A DNA stretch of 31,339 nucleotides, from IMG/VR virus record IMGVR_UViG_3300032329_000171, positions 1 to 31,339 of that record; one strand, 5' to 3'. The DNA is from a virus. Lineage: Duplodnaviria; Caudoviricetes. The notes under the pieces were generated by a model, which was not told the origin of the DNA, did no database searches, and saw only the letters and a list, made by a program, of their open reading frames with translations. Shown in pieces: positions 7,681 to 15,979 of the stretch; the stretch's first letter is position 1, and each line of letters begins with the position of its first letter. A program made the position numbers and the translations under genes.

Positions 7681-7847
7681 GTGGCAATCTCCTCAATTTC
7701 GTTTAATTCCCACGCCGCGTCCCACATATCGGTGGCGTTGTATTCAACTTCGCGCCAGGCTTGCGCCTCTGCCGCCTCTGCGCTGTCGGCTTCAATTGTC
7801 AATGTGACGTAGGAAACGCGTTTCAATTCAATTTGGTAGGTTTTCAT
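7674..7847 (-). CDS. Small acidic protein, DpnD/PcfM-like pattern
   Basis: MKTYQIELKRVSYVTLTIEADSAEAAEAQA pattern; ATGA overlap with the methyltransferase-like gene. Confidence 0.65.
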   Translation of the reverse strand: MKTYQIELKRVSYVTLTIEADSAEAAEAQAWREVEYNATDMWDAAWELNEIEEIATC

Positions 7848-8443
7848 AATTTTCCCCATTGGTTAGCCATTGCGTCTGCGATTCCCTTATAGGTTTTGCT
7901 CCTGATTTTCCATCTGTCCGCGCTTGGCGGCAGTTTGTTTTGCCCTGAGTCTGTCTGATTGCCCCATCTTTTGCGTCCGTTGACCAATCGCGGCGCGATC
8001 TGGTCGGTCGGGGTAAGGGGTGGCAAACCTTTAAGCCAGAGGCAAGTCGCCTTGCTTGCGTCATGCCCGAACTGGTGGGGCTGAATCGTCTGGTCGGGTT
8101 TGCGTATGCATGTGCTGATGCACCCGATAGGATTCTCTAATGCAATTCGCGCGATTGGCGCGTCTAGCAACTGACGCACAAAATCGAGCGCGGCCTCAGT
8201 CTGTTGTGCGCGTTCCGGTCTGCGCTTGTTCCAATGTAGACCGCTGGCGCAAAGGAAAGTACACGGCGGATGCGCGATCATCAAGTCCCAATCGTGGCTG
8301 ATGATGTCCATCACATCACACTGGTAGTGATCGCCCAGTGGCGATTCACTGGGCAGCAGGTCACAAGAGGCGGCGTAATGTCCAGCGCGGATAAATGCGT
8401 CCCGCACAGCGCCGGAATACTCGCAGGCTATTAGGACTCTCAT
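7844..8443 (-). CDS. Compact DNA cytosine-C5 methyltransferase-like protein
   Basis: VLIACEYSG (degenerate motif I), DLMIAHPPC (motif IV), LENP (motif VI) and C-terminal RSKTYKGIADAMANQW. Confidence 0.75.
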   Translation of the reverse strand: MRVLIACEYSGAVRDAFIRAGHYAASCDLLPSESPLGDHYQCDVMDIISHDWDLMIAHPPCTFLCASGLHWNKRRPERAQQTEAALDFVRQLLDAPIARIALENPIGCISTCIRKPDQTIQPHQFGHDASKATCLWLKGLPPLTPTDQIAPRLVNGRKRWGNQTDSGQNKLPPSADRWKIRSKTYKGIADAMANQWGKL

Positions 8444-8595
8444 AGATCAGCAAAGAAGACGCAGGGGAACTGGTCACCGGACAGCGTGACGTAGTGGTGT
8501 TCGCCATTGCGGAAAATAACCCGCTTGTAGACGATCACCAAACCCTTGTGAAGGTTGAAGGCAGAATTATCAGTGGTACAGATTGCGCGTTTCAT
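8440..8595 (-). CDS. Small hypothetical protein (51 aa, not in ORF track)
   Basis: MKRAICTTDNSAFNLHKGLVIVYKRVIFRNGEHHYVTLSGDQFPCVFFADL*, with ATGA overlaps at both ends and GAGG upstream. Confidence 0.7.
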   Translation of the reverse strand: MKRAICTTDNSAFNLHKGLVIVYKRVIFRNGEHHYVTLSGDQFPCVFFADL

Positions 8596-8861
8596 GCCGC
8601 CACCTCATTCAATCCGCAGATGTAGGCGTGCATCAGATTGGCCAGCTCGCGTTTGGTGACGTGGCCGACCGACAGTGGCGACGATACGCCGCCGCCATCA
8701 TTGTGCATACGATGCAAGCAAACGCCGCCGTAAGCGTGACTCAAATGATAGTTGCCTATCTGGGCCTTGCCGTTAGCGTAAGGCTCAAGGGGTGAACCTG
8801 TAATGCGGTTAATACGGTCAACGATGGCTTGCAGTTGTTTTTCAGTTACGCGGTTTGTCAT
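8592..8861 (-). CDS. Hypothetical protein (89 aa)
   Basis: Co-oriented and tightly packed in the operon; plausible globular sequence. Confidence 0.75.
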   Translation of the reverse strand: MTNRVTEKQLQAIVDRINRITGSPLEPYANGKAQIGNYHLSHAYGGVCLHRMHNDGGGVSSPLSVGHVTKRELANLMHAYICGLNEVAA

Positions 8862-8870
8862 GATGGGCTT

Positions 8871-9011
8871 TCAGAATGTGAGGATGTCAAAATAGGCCAA
8901 CGCGCAGAGCGTTAGGGCTGCTGAATAAATAAGCACGGCTAAATAATCCATTGCCGCCTGACGGCGCTTTTCGAGTGCTTCCTGACTGGGTTTGTAGGTG
9001 TAGCGATGCAT
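8871..9011 (-). CDS. Small membrane protein (46 aa, not in ORF track)
   Basis: MHRYTYKPSQEALEKRRQAAMDYLAVLIYSAALTLCALAYFDILTF*, with AAGGA RBS and one C-terminal hydrophobic helix. Confidence 0.68.
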   Translation of the reverse strand: MHRYTYKPSQEALEKRRQAAMDYLAVLIYSAALTLCALAYFDILTF

Positions 9012-9014
9012 GAT

Positions 9015-9179
9015 TCAGTCCTTCGCAAAGTTAGCTTTGAATTGTTGGTGCGGATAAAGCGCCTTAGCGGCGGCGATGGCATCGCGGCATGTGCGATACG
9101 CATTGGTTGCCCACGCAAACGCGGGCACGCCGTTGCGTACTTGGTAAACGTGAATTTTGCGTTTGTAGACTTTAAACAT
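9015..9179 (-). CDS. Small basic hypothetical protein (54 aa, not in ORF track)
   Basis: AAGGAG RBS; MFKVYKRKIHVYQVRNGVPAFAWATNAYRTCRDAIAAAKALYPHQQFKANFAKD*. Confidence 0.72.
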   Translation of the reverse strand: MFKVYKRKIHVYQVRNGVPAFAWATNAYRTCRDAIAAAKALYPHQQFKANFAKD

Positions 9180-9190
9180 GGTTTCTCCTT

Positions 9191-9358
9191 TTAGATGAGT
9201 GACAGCCGCGCCGCGTCGATGTTAGCGGCGATCAGCGCGGCGGCGAGTTCTTGCGCCTTCACGCCGTGAAACTGCGCCGCGTCAGTGCACGCGTCGATAG
9301 GGTTGAGTTGCCGCTGCGCGCGAATGTAGCGGTATGTTTGAATGGCTTTGTGGATCAT
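9191..9358 (-). CDS. Hypothetical protein, first gene of the leftward operon (55 aa)
   Basis: AGGAG RBS (rc of 9366-9370) favours ATG at 9358 over 9391. Confidence 0.7.
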   Translation of the reverse strand: MIHKAIQTYRYIRAQRQLNPIDACTDAAQFHGVKAQELAAALIAANIDAARLSLI

Positions 9359-9389
9359 GTGGATTCTCCTGTTGGTTGTTGATGTGTCC

Positions 9390-9417
9390 ATTGTAAGAGA
9401 TTTTCTAACATGGTCAA
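9390..9417 (-). promoter_or_regulatory. Sigma70-like promoter for the leftward accessory operon
   Basis: TTGACC (rc of 9412-9417), 16 nt, TACAAT (rc of 9390-9395), with an AT-rich upstream tract. Confidence 0.7.
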
Positions 9418-9502
9418 CAACTATTTTTCAATACCTGACAAAAAAGTGGGGTCTTACCAGGTAGATCGCATTTTTCCAGGCTTTTGACGCCAGATTGGGG
9501 TT

Positions 9503-9878
9503 TGTGGACGTGCGGGATAGCGGTTGGACTATGTGAACAGTTGAGCGTGACCCACACGCGATGTGGCATGGATGCTGGTTGCGGGTTGCTTTGTGGATAT
9601 TGTGGACTATTGATATTTAACTTTACAAAAAACAACTGCTTAAAAAATAGGCAATATGGGGTAGAGCGATTTAAAACTAGCGTCCAGAGTGTCCACAGTG
9701 TCCACGTTTTAAACCCACGCATTTTGCGTGATGCCTCTCCACCCGCGCCATAGAGCCGCTACACCATTGTCCACATTGTCCACACTACTGACGGCTGACA
9801 GTTTTGCGCGTGTTGTCCACATTGTCCACAGTCTGCTGAGGGTTTGCGGTTTGGTGTGGGCAGTCCACATGACCCACA
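9503..9878. repeat. GTCCACA iteron-like repeats flanking an AT-rich core; candidate replication origin
   Basis: Inverted copies at 9503, 9532, 9592 and 9601. Direct copies at 9682, 9691, 9700, 9769, 9778, 9815, 9824 and 9863, mostly at 9-bp spacing. AT-rich core at about 9608-9680. Confidence 0.8.
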
Positions 9879-9970
9879 GGATTCGCCGCGAGGGGGAGGG
9901 GGTAGGGCCGACGGCAAAGGGCCTGCTGTAACGGAGCGTCTGCAAAAACTTTTTTATTTTTTAGCAACTC

Positions 9971-10008
9971 GTAAACAATTGCCTGACAATTAGCTTTATG
10001 TTTACAAT
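9971..10008 (+). promoter_or_regulatory. Candidate late-operon promoter with overlapping inverted repeat
   Basis: TTGCCT (9979-9984), 18 nt, TACAAT (10003-10008). GTAAACA (9971-9977) and TGTTTAC (9999-10005) form an inverted pair. Confidence 0.5.
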
Positions 10009-10038
10009 GAGCGCACGCATTCACGCGGCCATACGAAT

Positions 10039-10515
10039 ATGAGTTTTCATTCACTGCCACTTGTCATCAACGAGATACGCGCTACCGAGGCGGTGCTTAA
10101 CCGCATCTACGACGCCGCCAAGCTCGGGCTGAAGGGCGACAACTTAGCCCTGGCGGCTGGAATGCTGCCCAAGGCCTATCGTCAGTTGTGCGAGATGGAC
10201 CCCGTCGCTGAGATGGCCGAACAAAAAGGCCGCGCTGATGGCGAGCTGACCGCCTCCAAGCAACTGCACAAGGCCGCCGAGCAGGGCGACGTTAAAGCCT
10301 CGCTGGCGATCTTGCAGAACGTCCACGGCTGGGTCGCCAAGCAGTCCATCACTGTCGACGTAGACCAGCGTATTTCCATCATCGGCGCTCTCGCCGAAGC
10401 CGAACGCCGCGCCGCTGATGTGGTGGATGTCATAGCCCACGAACCCAGCCCCGCGCTCACCGCACGGCCAGCGCCAAATAAGAAACAAGATGCAAACCAC
10501 ACGCTACTCGGCTGA
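10039..10515 (+). CDS. terS: Terminase small subunit (putative)
   Basis: Immediately upstream of and overlapping terL; helical HTH-like N-terminus and AAEQGDVKASLAILQ helix. Confidence 0.72.
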   Translation: MSFHSLPLVINEIRATEAVLNRIYDAAKLGLKGDNLALAAGMLPKAYRQLCEMDPVAEMAEQKGRADGELTASKQLHKAAEQGDVKASLAILQNVHGWVAKQSITVDVDQRISIIGALAEAERRAADVVDVIAHEPSPALTARPAPNKKQDANHTLLG

Positions 10516-12019
10516 AGACGAACAGGAACTGATGGCGCGGTTGTGGGCACCGCAGTACAAGGACAACCCATTGGCGTTTGTGAAGTTCGTATTTCCGTGG
10601 GGCGTGCAGGGCACGCCACTGGAAAACTTCGACGGACCGCGTAAATGGCAGCGCGAGGTGCTGCAAGAGATTGCCGAACAAATTAAGAAGAACAAAGGCC
10701 AGATAGATTTCAACACGCTACGCCACTCGGTCTCATCTGGGCGCGGTATCGGTAAGTCGGCGCTGGTTTCGTGGATTGTCATCTGGATGCTGTCCACCAG
10801 GATAGGCTCGACGACCATCGTGTCGGCTAACTCGGAAAGTCAGCTGCGCTCTATCACCTGGGCCGAGATTACCAAGTGGCTGGCGATGTCACTCAACAGC
10901 CATTGGTTTGAAGTCTCAGCCACCCGGCTGATGCCAGCTAAGTGGCTGACCGAACTGGTCGAGCGTGATTTGAAGAAGGGCACGCGCTACTGGGGCGTGG
11001 AAGGGCGGCTGTGGTCGGCTGAGAATCCGGACGCCTACGCGGGTGTGCACAACTTCGACGGTGTGATGGTGATCTTTGACGAGGCATCGGGTATTGACGA
11101 CGCCATCTGGGCGGTGACGGCTGGTTTCTTTACTGAGAACACGCCCAACCGGTTTTGGCTGGCGTTCAGCAACCCGCGTCGCAATACGGGCTACTTCTAC
11201 GAGACGTTCCACAGCAAGCGTGAGTTTTGGGTGACCAAGGTGGTGGACGCGCGCACGGTCGAAGGGACGGACAAACAGGTCTACCAGCAGATCATCGACG
11301 AATACGGGCCGGACTCATCACAAGCGCACGTTGAGGTGTATGGCGAGTTCCCCAACGCGGGCGATGATCAGTTCATTTCAAGCCTGGTCGTAGACGACGC
11401 CATGAAACGGCCACTGTATAAAGACCCAAGCGCGCCGATAGTGATCGGGGTGGACCCCGCACGGTTTGGGGCGGACGCGACGGTGATCGCGGTCAGACAA
11501 GGGCGGGATATTGTCAAGATCATCCGGCACAGGGGCGACGACACGATGACGGTGGTCGGGCATGTGATCGAGGCGATTGAAGAATGGAAGCCCGCGATGG
11601 TGTTCATCGACGAGGGCGGGCTGGGCGCGGGGATTGTGGACCGGCTCAAGGAGCAGCGGTACAAGATTAAGGGCGTGAACTTCGGCTGGAAGTCTAAGAA
11701 TCCGGCCATGTATGGCAACATGCGGGCGCAGATTTGGGGTGATATGCGCGAATGGCTTAAAAGCGCCAGCATCCCGAATGATAGGTTCTTGAAAACCGAT
11801 CTGATTTCGCCTATGATGAAGCCGGACTCCAAAGGATCGATATTCTTGGAGTCTAAAAAGGACATGAAGGCGCGTGGTTTAGCGTCTCCAGATGCTGCGG
11901 ATGCGATAGCGCTGACGTTTTCGTACCCTGTAGCCAGCCGTGGGGAGTACAATTCCCGCATCGAGCGCCGCCAAGTCTACGACCGCGCGGCAGTTGCAAC
12001 TGGATGGATGGGATCATGA
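10490..12019 (+). CDS. terL: Terminase large subunit
   Basis: Walker A SGRGIGKS, Walker B VIFDEASG, coupling motif SNP, nuclease IGVDPARFGAD and SPDAADA. Confidence 0.95.
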   Translation: MQTTRYSAEDEQELMARLWAPQYKDNPLAFVKFVFPWGVQGTPLENFDGPRKWQREVLQEIAEQIKKNKGQIDFNTLRHSVSSGRGIGKSALVSWIVIWMLSTRIGSTTIVSANSESQLRSITWAEITKWLAMSLNSHWFEVSATRLMPAKWLTELVERDLKKGTRYWGVEGRLWSAENPDAYAGVHNFDGVMVIFDEASGIDDAIWAVTAGFFTENTPNRFWLAFSNPRRNTGYFYETFHSKREFWVTKVVDARTVEGTDKQVYQQIIDEYGPDSSQAHVEVYGEFPNAGDDQFISSLVVDDAMKRPLYKDPSAPIVIGVDPARFGADATVIAVRQGRDIVKIIRHRGDDTMTVVGHVIEAIEEWKPAMVFIDEGGLGAGIVDRLKEQRYKIKGVNFGWKSKNPAMYGNMRAQIWGDMREWLKSASIPNDRFLKTDLISPMMKPDSKGSIFLESKKDMKARGLASPDAADAIALTFSYPVASRGEYNSRIERRQVYDRAAVATGWMGS

Positions 12020-12273
12020 CAAAGAAAAGTGTTTCTTTATCCGTTGGTCGAGGCGAGAAGTTGCCGGTGTCCAAAGGCGCAGGCTTGACAGCCAAAGGCC
12101 GCGAGAAGTACAACGCGGCTACGGGCTCACATCTCAAAGCGCCAGCGCCTAATCCAAAGACCAAAGCAGATCAAGGCCGCAAGGATTCATTTTGCGCCCG
12201 TATGAGTGCCGTTGCGGCTAACGCCAAAGACGGCGAACGCGCTAAAGCAGCGCTCAAACGATGGAAGTGTTGA
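12016..12273 (+). CDS. Small basic conserved phage protein
   Basis: K/R-rich, with GLTAKGR, SFCARM and LKRWKC motifs; ATGA overlap with terL. Confidence 0.78.
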   Translation: MTKKSVSLSVGRGEKLPVSKGAGLTAKGREKYNAATGSHLKAPAPNPKTKADQGRKDSFCARMSAVAANAKDGERAKAALKRWKC

Positions 12274-12275
12274 TT

Positions 12276-12422
12276 ATGAAACCCGGACTCTACGCTAACA
12301 TTCACGCCAAACAAGCCCGCATCAAGGCTGGCTCTGGTGAAAAAATGAACAAACCAGGCAGCAAAAACGCGCCTACCGCCAAAGACTTTAAAGAGTCGGC
12401 TAAAACTGCGAAGAAGAAATAA
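12276..12422 (+). CDS. Small Lys-rich protein (48 aa, not in ORF track)
   Basis: MKPGLYANIHAKQARIKAGSGEKMNKPGSKNAPTAKDFKESAKTAKKK*; TAATG coupling to the next gene. Confidence 0.78.
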   Translation: MKPGLYANIHAKQARIKAGSGEKMNKPGSKNAPTAKDFKESAKTAKKK

Positions 12423-12850
12423 TGGCTAACACTAAACCAATCGGCGTCGCATACGAAGACCAGAACATTATCGGCGCGGATATTGTCAAGGCCGCTAACA
12501 TCGCTACCACAGGCACGATTGGTTATGCCGCTGGTGCATACGACACTGTAACGCAGCAGAACAACAAAACGACCGGCGTAACGATCAATACGCCATCGGG
12601 CCAAATCATCACGGCTAACGCTCAACTTGCGCCAAGCGCAAACGCTGTGTTTGTGGTTACTTGCAGCACTGTCAGCACCAAAGATGTCGTGGTGATCAGC
12701 GTATCTTCGGGCGGCACTGTGGGCGCGTACAACGTGTTTATCGCGGCCATCGCTGACGGCTCGTTTACTGTGGTGATTAAAAACATCACGAACAACGCCT
12801 ATTCTGAGGCGCTGCATTTGAACTACGCCATATTCCACACAGCCACTTAA
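12422..12850 (+). CDS. Putative virion structural protein, paralog of 22513-22920
   Basis: T/V/A-rich beta protein that aligns by eye end to end with 22513-22920. Confidence 0.75.
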   Translation: MANTKPIGVAYEDQNIIGADIVKAANIATTGTIGYAAGAYDTVTQQNNKTTGVTINTPSGQIITANAQLAPSANAVFVVTCSTVSTKDVVVISVSSGGTVGAYNVFIAAIADGSFTVVIKNITNNAYSEALHLNYAIFHTAT

Positions 12851-12859
12851 AGGACTGAT

Positions 12860-13003
12860 ATGCCACTTGTTAAATCCAAATCACCTGCGGCTTTTCGCAA
12901 AAACGTAGCCGCTGAAGTCAAAGCCGGTAAGCCGGTGAAACAGGCAGTTGCGATTGCGTACTCTGTCAAGCGTGAAGCCCCAAAACCAAAGGCCAAAAAA
13001 TGA
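12860..13003 (+). CDS. Small Lys-rich protein (47 aa, not in ORF track)
   Basis: AAGGA RBS; [47 protein letters not shown]. Confidence 0.78.
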   Translation: MPLVKSKSPAAFRKNVAAEVKAGKPVKQAVAIAYSVKREAPKPKAKK

Positions 13004-13203
13004 AAGTCACTACAGCTGCCCGTAAGGCCATGCCCAAGTCTGAGTTTGGTATGCCAGGCTCTCGCTCGTATCCGATGCCAGATAAAGCCCATGCCGTTAA
13101 TGCCAAGGCACGCGCTACTCAGCAGGTAAAAGCTGGCAATCTGTCGCCCTCGTCTAAAGCCAAGATTGACGCCAAGGCCAACAAGATTATCAAGAAAAAA
13201 TGA
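13000..13203 (+). CDS. Small basic protein (67 aa)
   Basis: ATGA coupling at both ends; [15 protein letters not shown] motif; K/A-rich. Confidence 0.75.
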   Translation: MKVTTAARKAMPKSEFGMPGSRSYPMPDKAHAVNAKARATQQVKAGNLSPSSKAKIDAKANKIIKKK

Positions 13204-13442
13204 TGCTTCGTGCTTTACAAAATTGCTTGCTGATTGAGCGCGATGTTGAAAAGCACGCATTTTTGGAACTGCCGGTTGGTGAAAAATTAGGCACCGGTGT
13301 GGTACTATCCGCCGGACCTGACTGCACTACGTTAAAAGTCGGAGATCGCGTATACTTCGACGTAGGGCAAGAATTCACTTATGACCGCAAGGACTATGTA
13401 GTCATGCGCGAACCTCACGTTTTAGGGGTCTTTAATGGCTGA
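13200..13442 (+). CDS. groES: GroES-like co-chaperonin
   Basis: LRALQNCLLIER, GVVLSAGPD, LKVGDRVYF and YVVMREPHVLGV match the Cpn10 pattern (PL.DRV.V.R, G.V.AVG, VKVGD.V.F, .I..E.DILA). Confidence 0.8.
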   Translation: MMLRALQNCLLIERDVEKHAFLELPVGEKLGTGVVLSAGPDCTTLKVGDRVYFDVGQEFTYDRKDYVVMREPHVLGVFNG

Positions 13443-15612
13443 TCCAACCGGAATAGTCGCCGCAGCTAACGTAGCTGCCGGTGGCAAACCACTAAAAAGC
13501 GACTCAGATATTCTGACCGTTGCGCGTGCCCGTCTGGATATGGCCGTATCGGCGCTGGCCGAGTCCCGTGAGGATGAGATCGACGACTTGCGTTTCTACG
13601 CTGGCTCGCCCGACAACCACTGGCAGTGGCCTGCTGACGTACTGGCTACCCGTGGCGCGGTTCAAGGGCAGACCATCAACGCCCGTCCAACGCTGACCAT
13701 CAACAAACTGCCCCAACATGTGCGCCAAGTCACCAACGACATGCGCCAAAATCGCCCTGGGGCCAAGGTCATCCCTGTGGATGACAACGCCGACATCGAA
13801 GTGGCAGACATTTTCAACGGCATGATTCGGCACATCGAGTACATCTCGGACGCTGATGTGGCCTATGACACCGCCTGCGAGAATCAGGTGTCCTACGGTG
13901 AGGGTTACATCACCCTGATGACCGAGTATTGCGACGAAAACACGTTCGATCAGGACATCAAGATTGGCCGTGTGCGTAACAGCTTCTCGGTCTACATGGA
14001 CCCACTGATTCAAGACCCCACTGGCGCGGATGCCAAGTGGTGTTTTATCACCGAAGACCTGACAAAAGCCGAATACGAGCGCCAGTACCCCGATGCGGCG
14101 CCTATTTCGACCTTGCAGTCGCTTGGCGTGGGCGATCAGTCGATCAGCAACTGGCTGAATGAAGACACCGTGCGTATTGCAGGGTACTATTACATCGACT
14201 ACGACAAAGCCACCCTGAATTTGTACCCTGGCAATCAAACCGCGTTTGAAAGCACGCCGGAAGACAAGGCTTTACGGGCGATGTTTGGCAAACCCAAGCG
14301 CAATCGGGTGTCCGAGCGCCCTCGGGTGAAGTATTGCAAGATCAACGGCTACGAAATTCTTGAAGAAAAAGAGTGGGCTGGCAAGTGGATTCCCGTTATT
14401 CGTGTTGTTGGCAACGAATTTGAGGTCGATGGCCGTTTGTACGTGTCAGGCTTGGTGCGTAATGCCAAAGATGCCCAGCGCATGTACAACTATTGGGTGT
14501 CCCAAGAGGCCGAAATGCTGGCCTTGGCCCCCAAAGCGCCGTTTATCGGCTACGGCGGTCAGTTTGAAGGCTACGAAGACAAATGGAAGACCGCTAACAC
14601 AAACAATTGGCCCTATTTAGAGGTCAATCCAGACGTTACAGACGGTTCTGGCTCCATCCTGCCACTACCCCAGCGTGCCCAGCCTCCGATGGCCTCTACG
14701 GGCCTTCTACAGGCCAAGGCAGGCGCGTCTGAAGACATCAAATCCACCACAGGCCAGTACAACGCCAGTTTGGGCATGGGTTCCAACGAGCGTTCGGGCA
14801 AAGCCATCCTTGCGCGTCAGCGTGAGGGCGATGTGGGCACCTATCACTATGGTGACAACCTGACCCGTGCTGTGCGCCATGTGGCCCGTCAACTGGTGGA
14901 CCTGATTCCTAAAATTTACGACACTCAGCGCATCGCCCGAATCATTGGTGAAGACGGCGAAACCAAGATGGTCAAGATCAACCCCGATCAGCCCGAGCCA
15001 GTCAACAAAATCGTTGACCAGCAAGGCATCGTGATTGAGAAAATCTACAACCCAGGCGTCGGCAAGTACGATGTTGTGGCGACCACCGGCCCAGGCTACG
15101 CGACCAAGCGTCAAGCGGCACTTGAAGCAATGGCACAACTGTTGCAGGGTAATCCCCAGCTGTGGTCTGTGGCCGGTGACTTGTTTGTCAAGAACATGGA
15201 CTGGCCCGGTGCTCAAGAAATGGCAAAGCGGTTCCAGAAAACCATTGATCCTAAGCTCTTGTCAGATGCTAACGAAGACCCAGCGTTGCAGGCTGCTCAA
15301 ATGCAGATGCAGGCAATGGGTCAAGAGATGGAGCAGATGCATCAGATGTTGCAAAACGTGGGCAAATCCATCGAAATGCAAGACATGGAGCGCAAGGACT
15401 TTGAAGCTCAGGTCAAGGCATACGAGGCCGAAACCAAGCGTTTGGCTCAAGTGCAGGCATCTATGTCGCCAGAGCAGATTCAAGACATTGTTATGGGCAC
15501 GGTCCACGGCATGATTACCTCTGGCGATCTGGTTGGCGAGATGCCTGGCCGTGAACAGAATGAGATGATGCCCGAAAGCGCTGAATACGCACCACAAGGA
15601 ATGCCACAATGA
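13435..15612 (+). CDS. Portal protein, P22-like
   Basis: 725 aa, with QW, RPTLTINKL, GLVRNAKDAQRMYNYW, SGKAILARQ and GKYDV motifs plus a Q/M-rich C-terminal coiled coil. Confidence 0.92.
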   Translation: MADPTGIVAAANVAAGGKPLKSDSDILTVARARLDMAVSALAESREDEIDDLRFYAGSPDNHWQWPADVLATRGAVQGQTINARPTLTINKLPQHVRQVTNDMRQNRPGAKVIPVDDNADIEVADIFNGMIRHIEYISDADVAYDTACENQVSYGEGYITLMTEYCDENTFDQDIKIGRVRNSFSVYMDPLIQDPTGADAKWCFITEDLTKAEYERQYPDAAPISTLQSLGVGDQSISNWLNEDTVRIAGYYYIDYDKATLNLYPGNQTAFESTPEDKALRAMFGKPKRNRVSERPRVKYCKINGYEILEEKEWAGKWIPVIRVVGNEFEVDGRLYVSGLVRNAKDAQRMYNYWVSQEAEMLALAPKAPFIGYGGQFEGYEDKWKTANTNNWPYLEVNPDVTDGSGSILPLPQRAQPPMASTGLLQAKAGASEDIKSTTGQYNASLGMGSNERSGKAILARQREGDVGTYHYGDNLTRAVRHVARQLVDLIPKIYDTQRIARIIGEDGETKMVKINPDQPEPVNKIVDQQGIVIEKIYNPGVGKYDVVATTGPGYATKRQAALEAMAQLLQGNPQLWSVAGDLFVKNMDWPGAQEMAKRFQKTIDPKLLSDANEDPALQAAQMQMQAMGQEMEQMHQMLQNVGKSIEMQDMERKDFEAQVKAYEAETKRLAQVQASMSPEQIQDIVMGTVHGMITSGDLVGEMPGREQNEMMPESAEYAPQGMPQ

Positions 15613-15971
15613 AAGCCGCTGATTTTTTAGGTTTGTTGTTTCTGGCTCGGGATGTCGCCCATTCCGTTCATTTGAACACCCGCAGTTTTTCCAAGCACAC
15701 GGCGCTCAACATTTTCTATGACCGCATCATTGATGCGGCTGATGACTTTGCTGAGTCCTATCAAGGCCGTCATGGTTTAATTGGCCCGATTACTTTGCAT
15801 TCGGCCAAGAAAACGGCTAACATTATCGAATTCTTGGAAGACTCACTCGCACAGATTGAAGCTGCTAGGTACGATGTGGTTGACCGGACCGATATGTCGT
15901 TGCAACAGTTGATTGACAACATCATTGAAATTTATCTCCGCACGCTGTACAAGTTAAAATTCTTGGCATAA
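15609..15971 (+). CDS. Ferritin/Dps-like four-helix protein (DUF5856-like)
   Basis: HSVHLNTRSFSKHTAL..FYD...DDFAESYQG and terminal TLYKLKFL motifs. Confidence 0.7.
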   Translation: MKAADFLGLLFLARDVAHSVHLNTRSFSKHTALNIFYDRIIDAADDFAESYQGRHGLIGPITLHSAKKTANIIEFLEDSLAQIEAARYDVVDRTDMSLQQLIDNIIEIYLRTLYKLKFLA

Positions 15972-15979
15972 GGATCATC

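Noticed and set aside
9503-9878. CRISPR array
   Set aside because: Repeats are only 7-9 bp, irregularly spaced and in both orientations; the Cas4-like gene is a common stand-alone phage nuclease.
9414-10060. ORF-track ORFs in the repeat region
   Set aside because: Translations merely reflect the DNA repeats (WTLWTLWT, VDNVDN); no RBS or coding signature.
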